From: an uncultured bacterium
GTDB lineage: Bacteria > Krumholzibacteriota > Krumholzibacteriia > JACNKJ01
DNA length: 64,000 bases
Direction: 5' to 3'
Assembly: GCA_963695095.1 (NCBI GenBank)
Contig: CAVOFT010000001.1
Span: 416,001 to 480,000, forward strand
Shown here: positions 1-10,428 of the stretch, piece after piece
Layout of the letters: every line of letters begins with the position of its first letter
How positions within the stretch are numbered: the stretch's first letter is position 1
Translations under genes and position numbers: made by a program
The notes under the pieces: generated by a model
Database searches by the model: none
Seen by the model: the letters and a program-made list of their open reading frames with translations, nothing else
Told to the model about the DNA's origin: nothing

Positions 1-1905
1 GTGCCCGCGCTGCGGATCGAAGTCCAGCGGCGGCACGTGCCACCAGCCCTCGGCGGCCAGGTTGAGGTTGCGGCGGAAGGCCTGCCCGGCCAGCTCCGCC
101 AGGCTGATGGCGTCTGCATGCCGCTGCCCGCAGACCGGCGCCCGCGCCTCGCCGCCGGCGAAGATCACGTCCGCGGGCGCGCAGCCGAGCAGCTCGGCGG
201 CCAGGGGAGCGAGCCGCGCCTTGATCTGCGCGGCCGCATCGAGAATGGCGCGCCCGCTCATCACCACGTTGCGGCTGGCCACGGTGGGCCCGCTGTCGGG
301 TACCAGCGCCGTGTCCACGGGCACCAGGTTCACCTGGGCGGGATCGAGGCCCAGCGCCTCGGCGGCGAACTGCGTGACCACGGTCTCGGCCCCCTGGCCG
401 ATCTCCGTGAGACCCACGGCGAGGGAGGCCGAGCCGTCGGCATGGAGCTGCAGGTAGGCGCCGGCGCCGTCCATGTGCCAGCCCGCGTGGCCGAGGCAGT
501 TGCCGTAGATCATCGTCGCCAGGCCCGTGCCCACGCGCCAGCGCGCGGGGTCCTCGCGCAGCTCGGGCGCCAGCGCGAGGTCGGCCGCGTTCGGGGGGCC
601 GCCGGGCCCGAAGACCGCGCTGCCGAACTCGGCGGTCGCGGCGCTTGCGGCGCGCTCGAGGCACTCACGCGCACCGACGCTGGCCTCGAGGCGCTGGCCC
701 GTGGCCGTCTCGTCGCCGGGCGCGAGCAGGTTGCGACGGCGGATCTCGACGGGATCCAGGCCGAGCTGGGCGGCGAGGCGGTCCACCGCGCCCTCGTGCG
801 CCACGCAGGCCTGCGGGCTGCCGAAGCCGCGGAAGGCGCCGCTGGGCGCCGTGTTGCTGTACCAGGCCCGCGCCTCCACCCGAACGTTGGGGATCCGGTA
901 CGGTCCGGCGCCCTGCATCGCCGAGCGGTAGAGCACGGGCGGTGAGAGCGTGGCGTAGGCCCCGGCCAGGGCGTCCTGGAAGACCTCGATGGCCGTGAAG
1001 CGGCCATCGGCCGTGGCGCCCAGCCGCACGCGGATGCGGTAGGGATGGCGCTTGCTCGAGTAGGCAATGTCCTCGCGGCGCTCCAGGACGAGGCGCACCG
1101 GCCGCCCCGTGAGCAGCGCCAGCGCCGCCGCGCGGGCGCAGAGCTCGCTGGGCACGTCTTCCTTGCCGCCGAAGGCGCCGCCCGTGGGCGTCTGGATCAC
1201 GCGCACCTTGGCCAGGGGCAGGCCGCAGGCCCGCGCCACCGCCTTCTGCACGTAGAAGGGGCACTGCAGCGAGCCGTGCACGGTCAGGCCCCCGCGCTCC
1301 TCGGGCACGGCCACGCAGGCCAGGGGCTCCAGGTAGTAGTGCTCCTGGGCGCCCGTGGCGAACTCGCACTCGACGATGGCGGCGGCTTCTGAAAACCCGC
1401 TGGCCGTGTTCCCCTTGCCCACGCGGTGATGCACGGCGATGGGCCCGCTCTCGTGGATGGGCAGGCCGGGCGCGGCCTCCAGATCGGCGAAGTCGAGCAG
1501 GGCGGGGAGGGGCTCGGCCGCGACCCGCACGAGGCGGGCGGCGGCGGCGGCCTCGGCCTCGCTCTCGGCGGCCACCACGGCCAGGCACTCGCCGCGATAG
1601 CGGATGCGGTCGGTGGCCAGCAGCGGCTGGTCGTCGAGGATGACGCCGACGCGGTTGGCGCCGGGCAATTCGGCCGCCGTGAGCACGGCGCGCACGCCGG
1701 GCGCGCGGCGGGCGGCGTCCACATCCAGCCCCAGCAGCCGGGCGTGGGCCTGCTCGCCGAGCAGCATCTTCGCGTGGAGGAGGCCCGGCCAGCGCAGGTC
1801 GGACAGATAGCGCGTGCGGCCCGTCAGCTTGCCCGCGGCGTCGACGCGGGCGAGGCGGGCGCCGACGGGACCGGCGGGAAGGTCTCTCTGCAATGAGCTG
1901 CTCAC
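1..1905 (-). CDS. Xanthine dehydrogenase/CoxL-family molybdopterin-binding subunit (runs off left edge)
   Basis: Manually translated open frame from GTG at 1905 (not in the ORF track, no stop in window): VGARLARVDAAGKLTGRTRYLSD, QEHYYLEP, GGAFGGKED, SKRHP, AFRGFGSPQ, TEIGQG, DSGPTVASR. Confidence 0.93.
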   Translation of the reverse strand, partial: MSSSLQRDLPAGPVGARLARVDAAGKLTGRTRYLSDLRWPGLLHAKMLLGEQAHARLLGLDVDAARRAPGVRAVLTAAELPGANRVGVILDDQPLLATDRIRYRGECLAVVAAESEAEAAAAARLVRVAAEPLPALLDFADLEAAPGLPIHESGPIAVHHRVGKGNTASGFSEAAAIVECEFATGAQEHYYLEPLACVAVPEERGGLTVHGSLQCPFYVQKAVARACGLPLAKVRVIQTPTGGAFGGKEDVPSELCARAAALALLTGRPVRLVLERREDIAYSSKRHPYRIRVRLGATADGRFTAIEVFQDALAGAYATLSPPVLYRSAMQGAGPYRIPNVRVEARAWYSNTAPSGAFRGFGSPQACVAHEGAVDRLAAQLGLDPVEIRRRNLLAPGDETATGQRLEASVGARECLERAASAATAEFGSAVFGPGGPPNAADLALAPELREDPARWRVGTGLATMIYGNCLGHAGWHMDGAGAYLQLHADGSASLAVGLTEIGQGAETVVTQFAAEALGLDPAQVNLVPVDTALVPDSGPTVASRNVVMSGRAILDAAAQIKARLAPLAAELLGCAPADVIFAGGEARAPVCGQRHADAISLAELAGQAFRRNLNLAAEGWWHVPPLDFDPQRGH

Positions 1906-2176
1906 GAATCCTCGACCGGGCTGCGGAAAGGGGGCCGCACCACCTTAGCCCCTTCCTGCGCAGCGGGCAATGCCCGCGGCGCGGCCGGCCGGCCGCCCTC
2001 CCGTCCCCTGCAGCGCCGGAGTTCATGCCTAACCGACTGCAATGGCATGAATTGTCGCGCCGTCTCCCGGGAGCGTGGCCGGCCCGGCTTTTCTCCTTGT
2101 ATGGGAAGCCGGCCGGGCGCACTTTGGTGCTGGCCACTTCCCCCACGCTGGCCCGTCCAACCAAGGAGGGACACCC

Positions 2177-3070
2177 ATGCGCAAACCCGTTCTATTCGTC
2201 CTGGCGGCCCTGGCCCTGATCTTCCTCGTCGCCGCGGGGATGCTCTACCAGAAGCTGCAGCAGCGCAATGACGCCTACACGACGCTGCAGGCGGAGGAGC
2301 AGGTCGCTCGCGACCGCTATAGCGACGCCGTCAACGAGATCGCCGCCATCCAGGACAGCCTCAACGCCATCGTCCTGGGCGAGGACGGCGCGGCGGCGCT
2401 CAAGACCCAGCTCGACGCCGAGACGAGCCTGTCGCAGGACCGCGGCGATGCCGCCAAGATCCGCATCGCCGAGATCAAGGCCGGCATCGAGCGCGCCCGC
2501 CAGCGCATCCAGAACCTCGAGGCCGAACTCCGGGAGAGCGGCGTCAAGCTGGCCGGCCTGGAGAAGATGATCAAGAACCTGCGCAGCGTGGTGGCCGAGA
2601 AGGAAACGCTGATCGTGGCGCTCAACCGGCGCGTGGACGAACTGCAGACCGAGGTCAGCGGACTACACACCACGGTCGCCGCGCGCGAGGAGACGATCGT
2701 GGCTCGCGAGACGACGATCCAGTCGCAGGTGGAGCGGCTCGAGGAATCGCGGCGCGCGCTGGGCACGATCTACTACACCATCGGCTCCAAGAAGGAGCTG
2801 AAGGACTCCGGCACGATCGTGGCGACCGGCGGCGTGCTCGGCCTGGGCAAGACCCTGCGTCCCTCCGGCAGCATCGACCCGGCCCTCTTCACGCCGATGG
2901 ACACGGATCAGGAGACCTCGATTCTGATCCCCGCCGAGGAAGCGCGCGTGGTCAGCGACCAGCCCCTGTCCAGCTACACGCTGGAGCTGGTGGACGGGCA
3001 GCTCGAGCTGCGCATCCTCGATCCGCAGTCCTTCCGCACGGTCAAGCACGTCATCATCCTGACGGGCTAG
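2177..3070 (+). CDS. Membrane-anchored coiled-coil protein (resembles Bacteroidota Cbp1-like adhesin family)
   Basis: AAGGAGG RBS; N-terminal TM helix, long heptad region, C-terminal YYTIGSKKELK...GGVLGLGK globular domain; family name tentative. Confidence 0.6.
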   Translation: MRKPVLFVLAALALIFLVAAGMLYQKLQQRNDAYTTLQAEEQVARDRYSDAVNEIAAIQDSLNAIVLGEDGAAALKTQLDAETSLSQDRGDAAKIRIAEIKAGIERARQRIQNLEAELRESGVKLAGLEKMIKNLRSVVAEKETLIVALNRRVDELQTEVSGLHTTVAAREETIVARETTIQSQVERLEESRRALGTIYYTIGSKKELKDSGTIVATGGVLGLGKTLRPSGSIDPALFTPMDTDQETSILIPAEEARVVSDQPLSSYTLELVDGQLELRILDPQSFRTVKHVIILTG

Positions 3071-3171
3071 CCCGTCGCCAATCCAGGCGAAGCCCACCGC
3101 AGGCCGTAACCCGGCCTGCGGCGGGCCGTAAGTCCGGCGTTCCATTCCCTACCATTCTCGGAGGATCTGCC

Positions 3172-3930
3172 ATGCGACGCCGGCACCTTGTATCCCTGCT
3201 TGCGCTCACCGCCCTCGCCCTCGTCGCCACGGGCGGCTCGAAGGTCAAGGACTGGGGCGAAGACCACATGACCGTCGACGGCGTCAAGCTCCGCCACAGC
3301 CGCAGCGTGGAGCTGGAGGGCGAGGTCGGCGACCACTTCGAGCTGGAGATCGGCCTGGGCGACCTGGAAGTGCGCGGCGTGCCCGGCCAGACGGCCCGCC
3401 TGCGCCTGAAAATCCACGAGGTGGAACCGGGCGACATTGAGGTAAGATTGGAGCAGGGCCGCCTGCGCCTGGTGAGCGCCTCGGACAATCCCGGCGCCAT
3501 CGGGGACGCCTGGGTGGAGGTGCCCGCCGGCTGCGAGCTCGAATTGACGACGGGCTACGGCGACATCGACGTGTCGAAGATGAGCGGCGGCCGGCGCATC
3601 GTGGCGGAGACGGGCCTGGGCGAGGTCACCCTGGAGGACATCAGCGGGGTGACGGAGATCGAGGTCGCCACCGGCAAGGGCGATATCCGCCTCGGGCCGG
3701 TCACGGACGTGGAACGGGTTGACCTGGCCACGGGCATGGGCGATATCCAGGTCCGCGATGCCGAGGTGCAGGAAATCGAAGTGGGCACCGGCATGGGCGG
3801 CATCGATTTCCTGGACTGCAAGCTCGGCGACGTGAGCGGCAGCTCGGGCATGGGCAAGGTTCGCTTCAAGCGGACGCAGTACGAGCGCTCGGACGTGAGT
3901 TCCGGCTGGGGCGGGGTGCAGCGCGACTAG
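3172..3930 (+). CDS. Secreted DUF4097-like beta-strand repeat (putative adhesin) protein
   Basis: GGAGG RBS, signal peptide, repeated xTGxGDIx units. Confidence 0.75.
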   Translation: MRRRHLVSLLALTALALVATGGSKVKDWGEDHMTVDGVKLRHSRSVELEGEVGDHFELEIGLGDLEVRGVPGQTARLRLKIHEVEPGDIEVRLEQGRLRLVSASDNPGAIGDAWVEVPAGCELELTTGYGDIDVSKMSGGRRIVAETGLGEVTLEDISGVTEIEVATGKGDIRLGPVTDVERVDLATGMGDIQVRDAEVQEIEVGTGMGGIDFLDCKLGDVSGSSGMGKVRFKRTQYERSDVSSGWGGVQRD

Positions 3931-3981
3931 CTCGCGGCCCCGCGCGCCGGTCCGCCCCGGGCGCGGGGAGGCACGAGGGCG

Positions 3982-4218
3982 ATGACCAAGCGCAAGCGCA
4001 AGCGCCGGCTGAGACCCCGCACCGTCTGGCTGCTGGTGCTGGGCTACTTCATCGTGGGCACCGCGATCGCGATGCTCTTTCTGCAGCAACTCACCGCGAG
4101 CGCCGGGCCGGCCCCTCCCGGCCAGCCCAGCCTCAACAATGCCTGGGGGCTCTTTCCCCTGGTCGTGATGCTCTGGCCGATCTTCCTGGTCATCCTGATC
4201 GTGAAGGCCCTGCGCTGA
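3982..4218 (+). CDS. Small two-TM hypothetical membrane protein
   Basis: Basic N-terminus followed by two hydrophobic helices; GC3-rich codons. Confidence 0.65.
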   Translation: MTKRKRKRRLRPRTVWLLVLGYFIVGTAIAMLFLQQLTASAGPAPPGQPSLNNAWGLFPLVVMLWPIFLVILIVKALR

Positions 4219-4274
4219 GCGAGGCGGCTCTCCTCGCCCTGCTCGGCCGCCCGCCGGCCGCGCTGTCCGGCGCC

Positions 4275-5647
4275 TTGATCGCCGTGCTGGGCAGCGGCGG
4301 CAAGACCAGCCTGCTCGCCCTGCTCGCGCGCGAGCTCGCCCGGCGGCATGCCCGCGTGCTGGTGAGCACGAGTACGCGGGTCTATCCCTTTCCCGGCCTG
4401 CCCCTCGTCGAGGACCCGGCCGCGCTCCCCGCCGCCTTCGCCCGCGCGCGGGCCGTCTTCCTCGGCCGACAACTGGACGCCCCCGGGGGCGGCGCTGTCG
4501 CCGGGGCGACCGGCGCCGCGGCGGGCGGCGAGGCGGGCAAGCTGGCGGGCCCGCAGCCGCTGGATCCCGCGGCGCTGCGCGGCCTGGCCGACGTCGTGCT
4601 GCTCGAGGCCGACGGCGCCCGCGGGCGGCCGCTCAAGGTGCACTTGCCCCACGATCCCCTCGTGCCCGCAGAGGCGGAGCTGGCGCTGCTCGTCGTGGGC
4701 GCTTCGGCCCTCGCCAGGCCGGCCGGGGACGCCAGCGTGCATCGCCTCGAGCAAGCCCCCGCGCACTGGGGGCTGCGCGCGGGCGAGACGCCGACGCCGC
4801 AGCAGGTCGCGCGCCTGCTGCTCGCCGCGGACGGCTACCTGGGCAAGACGGGCAGCGTGCCCACGCGCATCCTCATCAATCAGGCGGAGGCCTGGCCCGC
4901 CGAGGCCGCGCGGCTGGCCGCCGCCCTGCGGGCGGTCTGGCCGGGGCCGATCCTGACCGGCAGCGCCCAGCGGGGCGATTTCGCGCTCGCCCCCGGGGGC
5001 GGATCGGCCCCGGAGAGCGGCGCGGCCGCCGCGGGTGAGCCGCCGCCGGCCCCGGTGGCCCTGATCCTCGCCGCGGCCGGCGGGGGGAGCGCTTCGGCGC
5101 GGACAAGCGGCGCTTCCCGCTCAAGGGGGCGCCGCTCTTCCACTGGAGCCTGGGCGCCTACGCGCGCCTGCCCTTCCTGCAGCGCATCGCCGTGCTGGGG
5201 CCTGACGACGCCGCGCTCGCCGCCGAGGCCCGCGCGCGCGGCTGGCAGGTGGCCGTCAATCCCGATCCCGCGGCGGGGCTGGCCGGCTCCTGGCGCGCGG
5301 GCCTGGCGGCGATCAAGCGCGATGCCGCGGGCGCGCTCCTGGCGCTTGGCGACATGCCGGCGATTCGCCGCGATACCCTGATCGCCATTCTCGCCGCCAT
5401 CGCGGCGGCGCCCGCGCGCGCCCTGCGCCCCGTGCACGCGGGCCGGCCGGGGCATCCCTACTACTTGCCCCGCGGCGCCTTCGCGGCGCTGGCGGCAGTG
5501 GACGGCGATCGCGGGGCCCGCGAGTTGCCGGCCCCTTTTCCCTTGGACTCGACCGATCCGGGCGTCATACTCGACCTCGATCACCCCTCCCTTGCACCCG
5601 GTCTCTGCGCCCTGCTTGCCGAGGAGCCTGCGTTCCATGCTGTTTAG
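4275..5647 (+). CDS. yqeC: YqeC (selenium-dependent hydroxylase accessory protein) fused to MocA-like NTP transferase; frameshift near 5085
   Basis: IAVLGSGGKTSLL, STST, LLEADGARGRPLK, LINQ; after a G-run frameshift ILAA..ERFGADK, NPD..GLAGS, LALGDMP, GHP, GDRGAR, DLD. Start may be the CTG at 4215. Confidence 0.8.
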
Positions 5648-6524
5648 GCGCTCCCCTGTCCTTGTCCGCGGCGCCGGCGAGCATGCCAGCGCCATCGCCT
5701 GGCACCTCTTCCGCGCCGGCTTCCCCGTGGTGATGACCGAGCTGCCCGAGCCGCTCGCCATCCGCCGCGAGGTGGCTTTCTCGCGGGCCCTGCGCAGCGG
5801 GGAGTGGACGGTGGAGGGTGTCACGGCGCGCCTCTGCGGCAAGCCCCTGCGCCTGGATACCCAGGGTGCGCCAGGCGATCGGCCGCACAGCGCGGTGACC
5901 GTCCGCACCCTGCGCGCGATCCGGGCGGCCTGGCGGGCCGGGGAGATCGCCCTCGTCATCGATGGCGGCCTGGAGCTGCTCGATCACCTGCCCGTCTTCG
6001 CCATTGTCGATGCGCGCATGCAGAAGACCGCCACGGAGCCGATCCGTGGCCGCGCGCCCTTCACGGTGGCCATCGGCCCGGGCATCGCGGCCGGCGAGCA
6101 CGTGGACGCGGTCATCGAGACCGAGCGCGGGCACGACCTGGGTCGCATCCTCCTGGCCGGCCAGGCGGCGCACGACACCTCGGTACCGGGCGAGATCGCG
6201 GGCGAGAGCGTGAACCGCGTCTACTTCGCGCCGGGGGACGGCCGCTTCTGGGCCCACGTCGAGATCGGCCAGCTCGTCCAGCGCGGGGATCTGCTCGGCC
6301 TGGTCGAGGGCGAGGGCGAGCCGCAGACGGTGGTCACGCGCATCGCCGGGCGCGTGCGCGGCCTGCTCGCCGACGGCGCGCAGATCACGGCCGGCACCAA
6401 GCTTGCGGATGTGGATCCGCGCGGCGAGAGAATCGATCCGGCCACGCTCTCGGACAAGGGCCGCACGCTCGCGGCCGGCGTGCTCACCGCCCTGCTCGAG
6501 GCGCTAGCGGCCAAGGCCCGCTAG
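5637..6524 (+). CDS. yqeB: YqeB/EF2563-family selenium-dependent molybdenum hydroxylase system protein
   Basis: VRGAGEHASAIA, IRREVAF, VDARMQK, IGPG, IETERGHDLG, DT.VPG.IAG, K.ADVDPRG, SDKGR. Confidence 0.9.
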   Translation: MLFRRSPVLVRGAGEHASAIAWHLFRAGFPVVMTELPEPLAIRREVAFSRALRSGEWTVEGVTARLCGKPLRLDTQGAPGDRPHSAVTVRTLRAIRAAWRAGEIALVIDGGLELLDHLPVFAIVDARMQKTATEPIRGRAPFTVAIGPGIAAGEHVDAVIETERGHDLGRILLAGQAAHDTSVPGEIAGESVNRVYFAPGDGRFWAHVEIGQLVQRGDLLGLVEGEGEPQTVVTRIAGRVRGLLADGAQITAGTKLADVDPRGERIDPATLSDKGRTLAAGVLTALLEALAAKAR

Positions 6525-6534
6525 GGTGCGGGCC

Positions 6535-7413
6535 ATGAACATCAGCAGCACTGAGGCCCTGCTCGAAGCGCTGCGGGGCGAGCTCGCCGCGGGCCGGCCG
6601 GCGGTCCTCGTCAGCGTGATGGCCTGGCGCGGCTCCGTGCCGCGGAAGGACAGCCCGCGCGCGCTCTTCCTCGCCGACGGTCGCCAGCTCGGCACCGTGG
6701 GCGGCGGCTGCGTGGACGGGGCGGCGCGCGCGCTCGCCCTGCGCGCCTTGACCCAGGGCGGTCGCGTTGCCGATTCAATTGAGCTCGATGGCGAGGACGC
6801 GGACGCAGCCGGCCTCGTCTGCGGCGGGGCGCTCGAGTTCGAGGCCGAGCGCTTCGATGCCGGCGCGGCGGCGCTGGCCCGCGTGGAGGCCCTGCTCGCC
6901 GATCCCGCCTCGCGCGCGCCGCGGCTCTACCTGCTCGGCGGCGGGCACGTGGGGCTGGCCATCGCCCGCTTCGCCGATGCCACGGGCTGGCGGGTGCGCG
7001 TGCACGACGATCGGCCCGAGTACGCGGACGCCGAGCGCTTTCCCTTCGCGGAAGCGCGGCTGACGGGGCCGCTCGCAGCGGTCGCAGCCTGGCCGCCGCC
7101 GGCGGCGAGCGACGCCGTGGTGATCGCGACGCGCGGTCATCACCTGGATCTGGCCGCCCTGCGCTGGGCCGTGCGGCAGGAGGCGGGCTACCTGGGCCTC
7201 CTGGGCAGCGCTCGCAAGCGCGCCCTGCTGGAGGCCACGCTGCGCCGGGAGGGTGCGCCGGCCGCTGCGCTGGCGCGGCTTTCCAGCCCGATCGGTCTGG
7301 CCATCGGCGCCTTGAGCGCCGAGGAAATCGCCCTGGCTGCTGTCGCCGAACTCGTGGCCTACCGCCGCGGCGCGCTGGCCGCCCCCACCATCGCCGCCGA
7401 GCGCGAGGAGTGA
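6535..7413 (+). CDS. xdhC: XdhC/CoxI-family Moco insertion accessory factor
   Basis: GSVPR, GTVGGGCV, GLVCGG, GGGHVG, TRGHHLD, YLGLLGS.RK, SPIGLAIGA..EEIA. Confidence 0.9.
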   Translation: MNISSTEALLEALRGELAAGRPAVLVSVMAWRGSVPRKDSPRALFLADGRQLGTVGGGCVDGAARALALRALTQGGRVADSIELDGEDADAAGLVCGGALEFEAERFDAGAAALARVEALLADPASRAPRLYLLGGGHVGLAIARFADATGWRVRVHDDRPEYADAERFPFAEARLTGPLAAVAAWPPPAASDAVVIATRGHHLDLAALRWAVRQEAGYLGLLGSARKRALLEATLRREGAPAAALARLSSPIGLAIGALSAEEIALAAVAELVAYRRGALAAPTIAAEREE

Positions 7414-7415
7414 GC

Positions 7416-8825
7416 ATGTTCGATCTGGTGATTCGCTCGGGTCGCATCGTGACGCCGGACGGCGTGGTGGTCGGCGACGTCGGCGTGGCGGGCGGCACAA
7501 TCGCCGCCATCGGGCAAGGCATCGACCCCGGCGAGAAGGAAGTGGACGCCACGGGCCGCGTCGTCTTCCCCGGCATCGTGGACGCACATGTGCACCTGGG
7601 ATTGCCGGTTCTCGACACGGTCACCGCCGACGATCTGGAGTCCGGCACGCGCGCCGCGGCCTTCGGCGGCGTGACCACGGTGATCGACTTCACCGCGCAG
7701 GAGCGCGGCGAGAGCCTGCTCGCGAGCGTCGAACGGCGGCGGGCGGGCATCGCGGGCCGCGCCTTCGTGGATGTCGGCCTGCACGCCAACTTCACCGACT
7801 TCAGCGAGGCCAATCTGGCCGAGATCCCGGCCCTGTTCGCGAGCGGTGTGCCGAGCGTCAAGATCTTCATGGCCTATGGCGAGCGCGGCATGCAGCTTGC
7901 CGATCCGGCCGTCATTCGCATCGCGGAGGCCGTGGGCAAGGCCGGCGGCCTGCTCATGGTGCATGCGGAGAACGGCGACGCGATCGACTTCCTCGTCGCG
8001 CGGGCGCGCGCCCGGGGCGAGACCGCGGCGCCCATGCACGAGAAGTGCCGCCCCGACCTGGTGGAGGCCGAGGCCATCCACCGCGTGGCCACGCTGGCGC
8101 GTCTGGCCGACTGCCCGCTCTACGTGGTGCACCTGAGCTCGGCGCTCGGGCTGGAAGCGATCCGCCGCGCGCGGGCCGAGGGCTGGAAGATCCACGCCGA
8201 GACCTGCCCGCAGTACTTGCTGCTGGACAACCGCCGCTACGTGGGCGAGGAGGGGCATCGCTACATTGCCAGCCCGCCGCTGCGCAGCCCCGCGGATCGG
8301 CAGGCGCTCACGGGCGCGGTCACCGGCGGCGAGATCGAGGTGGTGGCCACGGACCACTGCCCCTTCCGCCTCGCTGACAAGGATCGGGCGCCGGGCGATT
8401 TCAGCCGCACGCCGAACGGCCTGCCCGGCGTGGAGACGCTCTTCCCGCTGATGTTCAGCCACCTCGTCGCGCTCGGCGACGGCGGCCTCACGCCGCGCTC
8501 GAATGCCTCGCTGATCCTGCTTGCCCGCGTGCTGGCCGAGAACCCGGCGCGGCTCTTCGGTCTCGCGCCGGCCAAGGGCGCCCTGCGCGAGGGCGCCGAC
8601 GCCGACTTCTTCATCTTCGATCCCAATCCCATTCGGCATGTCCGCGCCGTGGACCTGCACGGCGCCGCCGACTGGAATCCCTTCGAGGGGATGGAGGTGC
8701 GCGGGGAGATTCGCGCGGTCTACCTGCGCGGGCAGCGCTTGCTGGAGAACGGACAGCTCTATGCCACGCCGGGCAGCGGGCGCTTCGTGGCTGGGCGGCC
8801 CGGCGCGGCAAGCAACGGCGCCTAG
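7416..8825 (+). CDS. hydA: Dihydropyrimidinase / D-hydantoinase
   Basis: PGIVDAHVH, AAAFGGVTT, KIFMAY, HAENG, ETCPQYL, SPPLR, ATDHCPF, PNGLPGVE. Confidence 0.9.
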   Translation: MFDLVIRSGRIVTPDGVVVGDVGVAGGTIAAIGQGIDPGEKEVDATGRVVFPGIVDAHVHLGLPVLDTVTADDLESGTRAAAFGGVTTVIDFTAQERGESLLASVERRRAGIAGRAFVDVGLHANFTDFSEANLAEIPALFASGVPSVKIFMAYGERGMQLADPAVIRIAEAVGKAGGLLMVHAENGDAIDFLVARARARGETAAPMHEKCRPDLVEAEAIHRVATLARLADCPLYVVHLSSALGLEAIRRARAEGWKIHAETCPQYLLLDNRRYVGEEGHRYIASPPLRSPADRQALTGAVTGGEIEVVATDHCPFRLADKDRAPGDFSRTPNGLPGVETLFPLMFSHLVALGDGGLTPRSNASLILLARVLAENPARLFGLAPAKGALREGADADFFIFDPNPIRHVRAVDLHGAADWNPFEGMEVRGEIRAVYLRGQRLLENGQLYATPGSGRFVAGRPGAASNGA

Positions 8826-10428
8826 CGCCGCCAGAAGCTGGGCCGCAGCACGACGAGCACGGTGAAGATCTCCAGGCGGCCGAGCAGCATGCAGAGGATG
8901 AGCACCCACTTGCCCGCCACCCGGTATCCAGGCGTAGTGCTGGGTGGCGCCGACGCCGGCCAGGCCGGGGCCGATGTTGCCGATGCAGGCGGCCACGCTG
9001 GTGACGGCCGTCACCAGGTCGGGGATGAAGAGGCTCATCAGCAGCGAGCAGACGACGAAGAGCCCCACGAAGAGCACGAAGAAGCCGACGATGTTGGCCA
9101 CCATCGGCTCCTGCAGCGGCGTTCGCCGCACCTTGAGCGGCGACACCAGCCGCGGACGCACCACCTTCTTCAGCTCGCGCCAGGACGCCTTCAGCGTCAC
9201 CAGCACGCGGATCATCTTCATGCCGCCGCCGGTGGAGCCCGCGCAGCCGCCCCAGAACATGAGCACCACGAGCATCAGGCCCAGCGCGCGCGGCCAGAGG
9301 TCGAAGTCCGCCGTGCAGAAGCCCGTCGTGGTGACGACGGACACCACCTGGAAGGCGCCGTAGCGCAAGGCGTCGCCGAGGCCGTCCACCTTGGCGCCCT
9401 CGGCCTCGAGGTGGGCGGCGAAGGCCGCGCTCTCGCGGGGCGCCACCTGGTAGCTGCGGGCCGCGCGCTCCGCGTCGGGCAGACCCGCGACGAAGAGCAT
9501 GGTCGTGGTGGCGAGCACGGCCAGCCCCACGGTGCCCAGGTAGAAGTGGAACTCGCGGTTCTCGCGCAGGGCGCGCCAGTCGCGGTGGAAGAGCACGCGG
9601 TAGTGAAGGACGAAGTTCGTCCCCGCCAGGAACATGAAGAGCGTGATCACCCAGTCGATGTAGGCGCTGTCGAAGGCGCCGATGGAGGCATTGCGCGTGG
9701 AGAAGCCGCCGGTCGCCATGGTGGCGAAGGCATGGCAGAGCGCGTCGAGCAGGTTCATGCCGCCGAGCATGAGCAGGCCGGCCTCCACGGCCCGTGAGCA
9801 GGGCGTAGACGCCCCAGAGGATGGCCGCCGTCTCGCGCAGGCGGGGGCGCAGGCGGTCGGCGCTGGGGCCGGGCACCTCGCCGCGGAACATCTGGTAGCC
9901 GCCCACGCCCATGGCCGGGAAGATCGCCAGCGCCAGCGTGATGATGCCCATGCCGCCCAGCCAGTGCGTGAGCGCGCGCCAGAAGAGCAGGCCGCGCGGC
10001 AGGGCCTCGATGTCGGTGAGGATGGTGGCGCCAGTGGTGGTGAAGCCGCTCATCACCTCGAAGTAGGCGTCCGTGAAAGCGGTCAGGAAGGCCATGGGTC
10101 CGAACTCGCGGCCTTGCTCGAGGAACCAGACCAGGAAGGGGATGGCGCCCACCAGGGCCAGGCTCACCCAGCCCAGCGTGACGATGGCGAAGCCCTCGCG
10201 CACGCCCTGCTCGTAGCGATGGCGGCGGTTCAGCCGCTCCAGCGCCGTGCCGAGGATGAGCGAGAAAACGATGGCGGCGGCGAAGGCCAGGCTCTCGGCG
10301 CTTTCGAGGGCCACGCCGCCGGGGAGCGCGAGGTCGTCCCAGATGGAGATGCCCAGGGGCACGAGCAGGATGGCGGCCAGGATCTGCAGGAGCCGGCCGA
10401 TGGCGTAAAGAACCGCGCCGCGCCTCAC
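8822..10428 (-). CDS. trkH: TrkH potassium uptake membrane protein; two frameshifts (~9790, ~8915)
   Basis: REGFAIV, FEVMSGFTTTGAT, WLGGMG, TMATGGFS, TTTGF, GGCAGSTGGG, GNIGPGL, MLLGRLE spread over three frames; GTGA-coupled to trkA. Confidence 0.9.
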
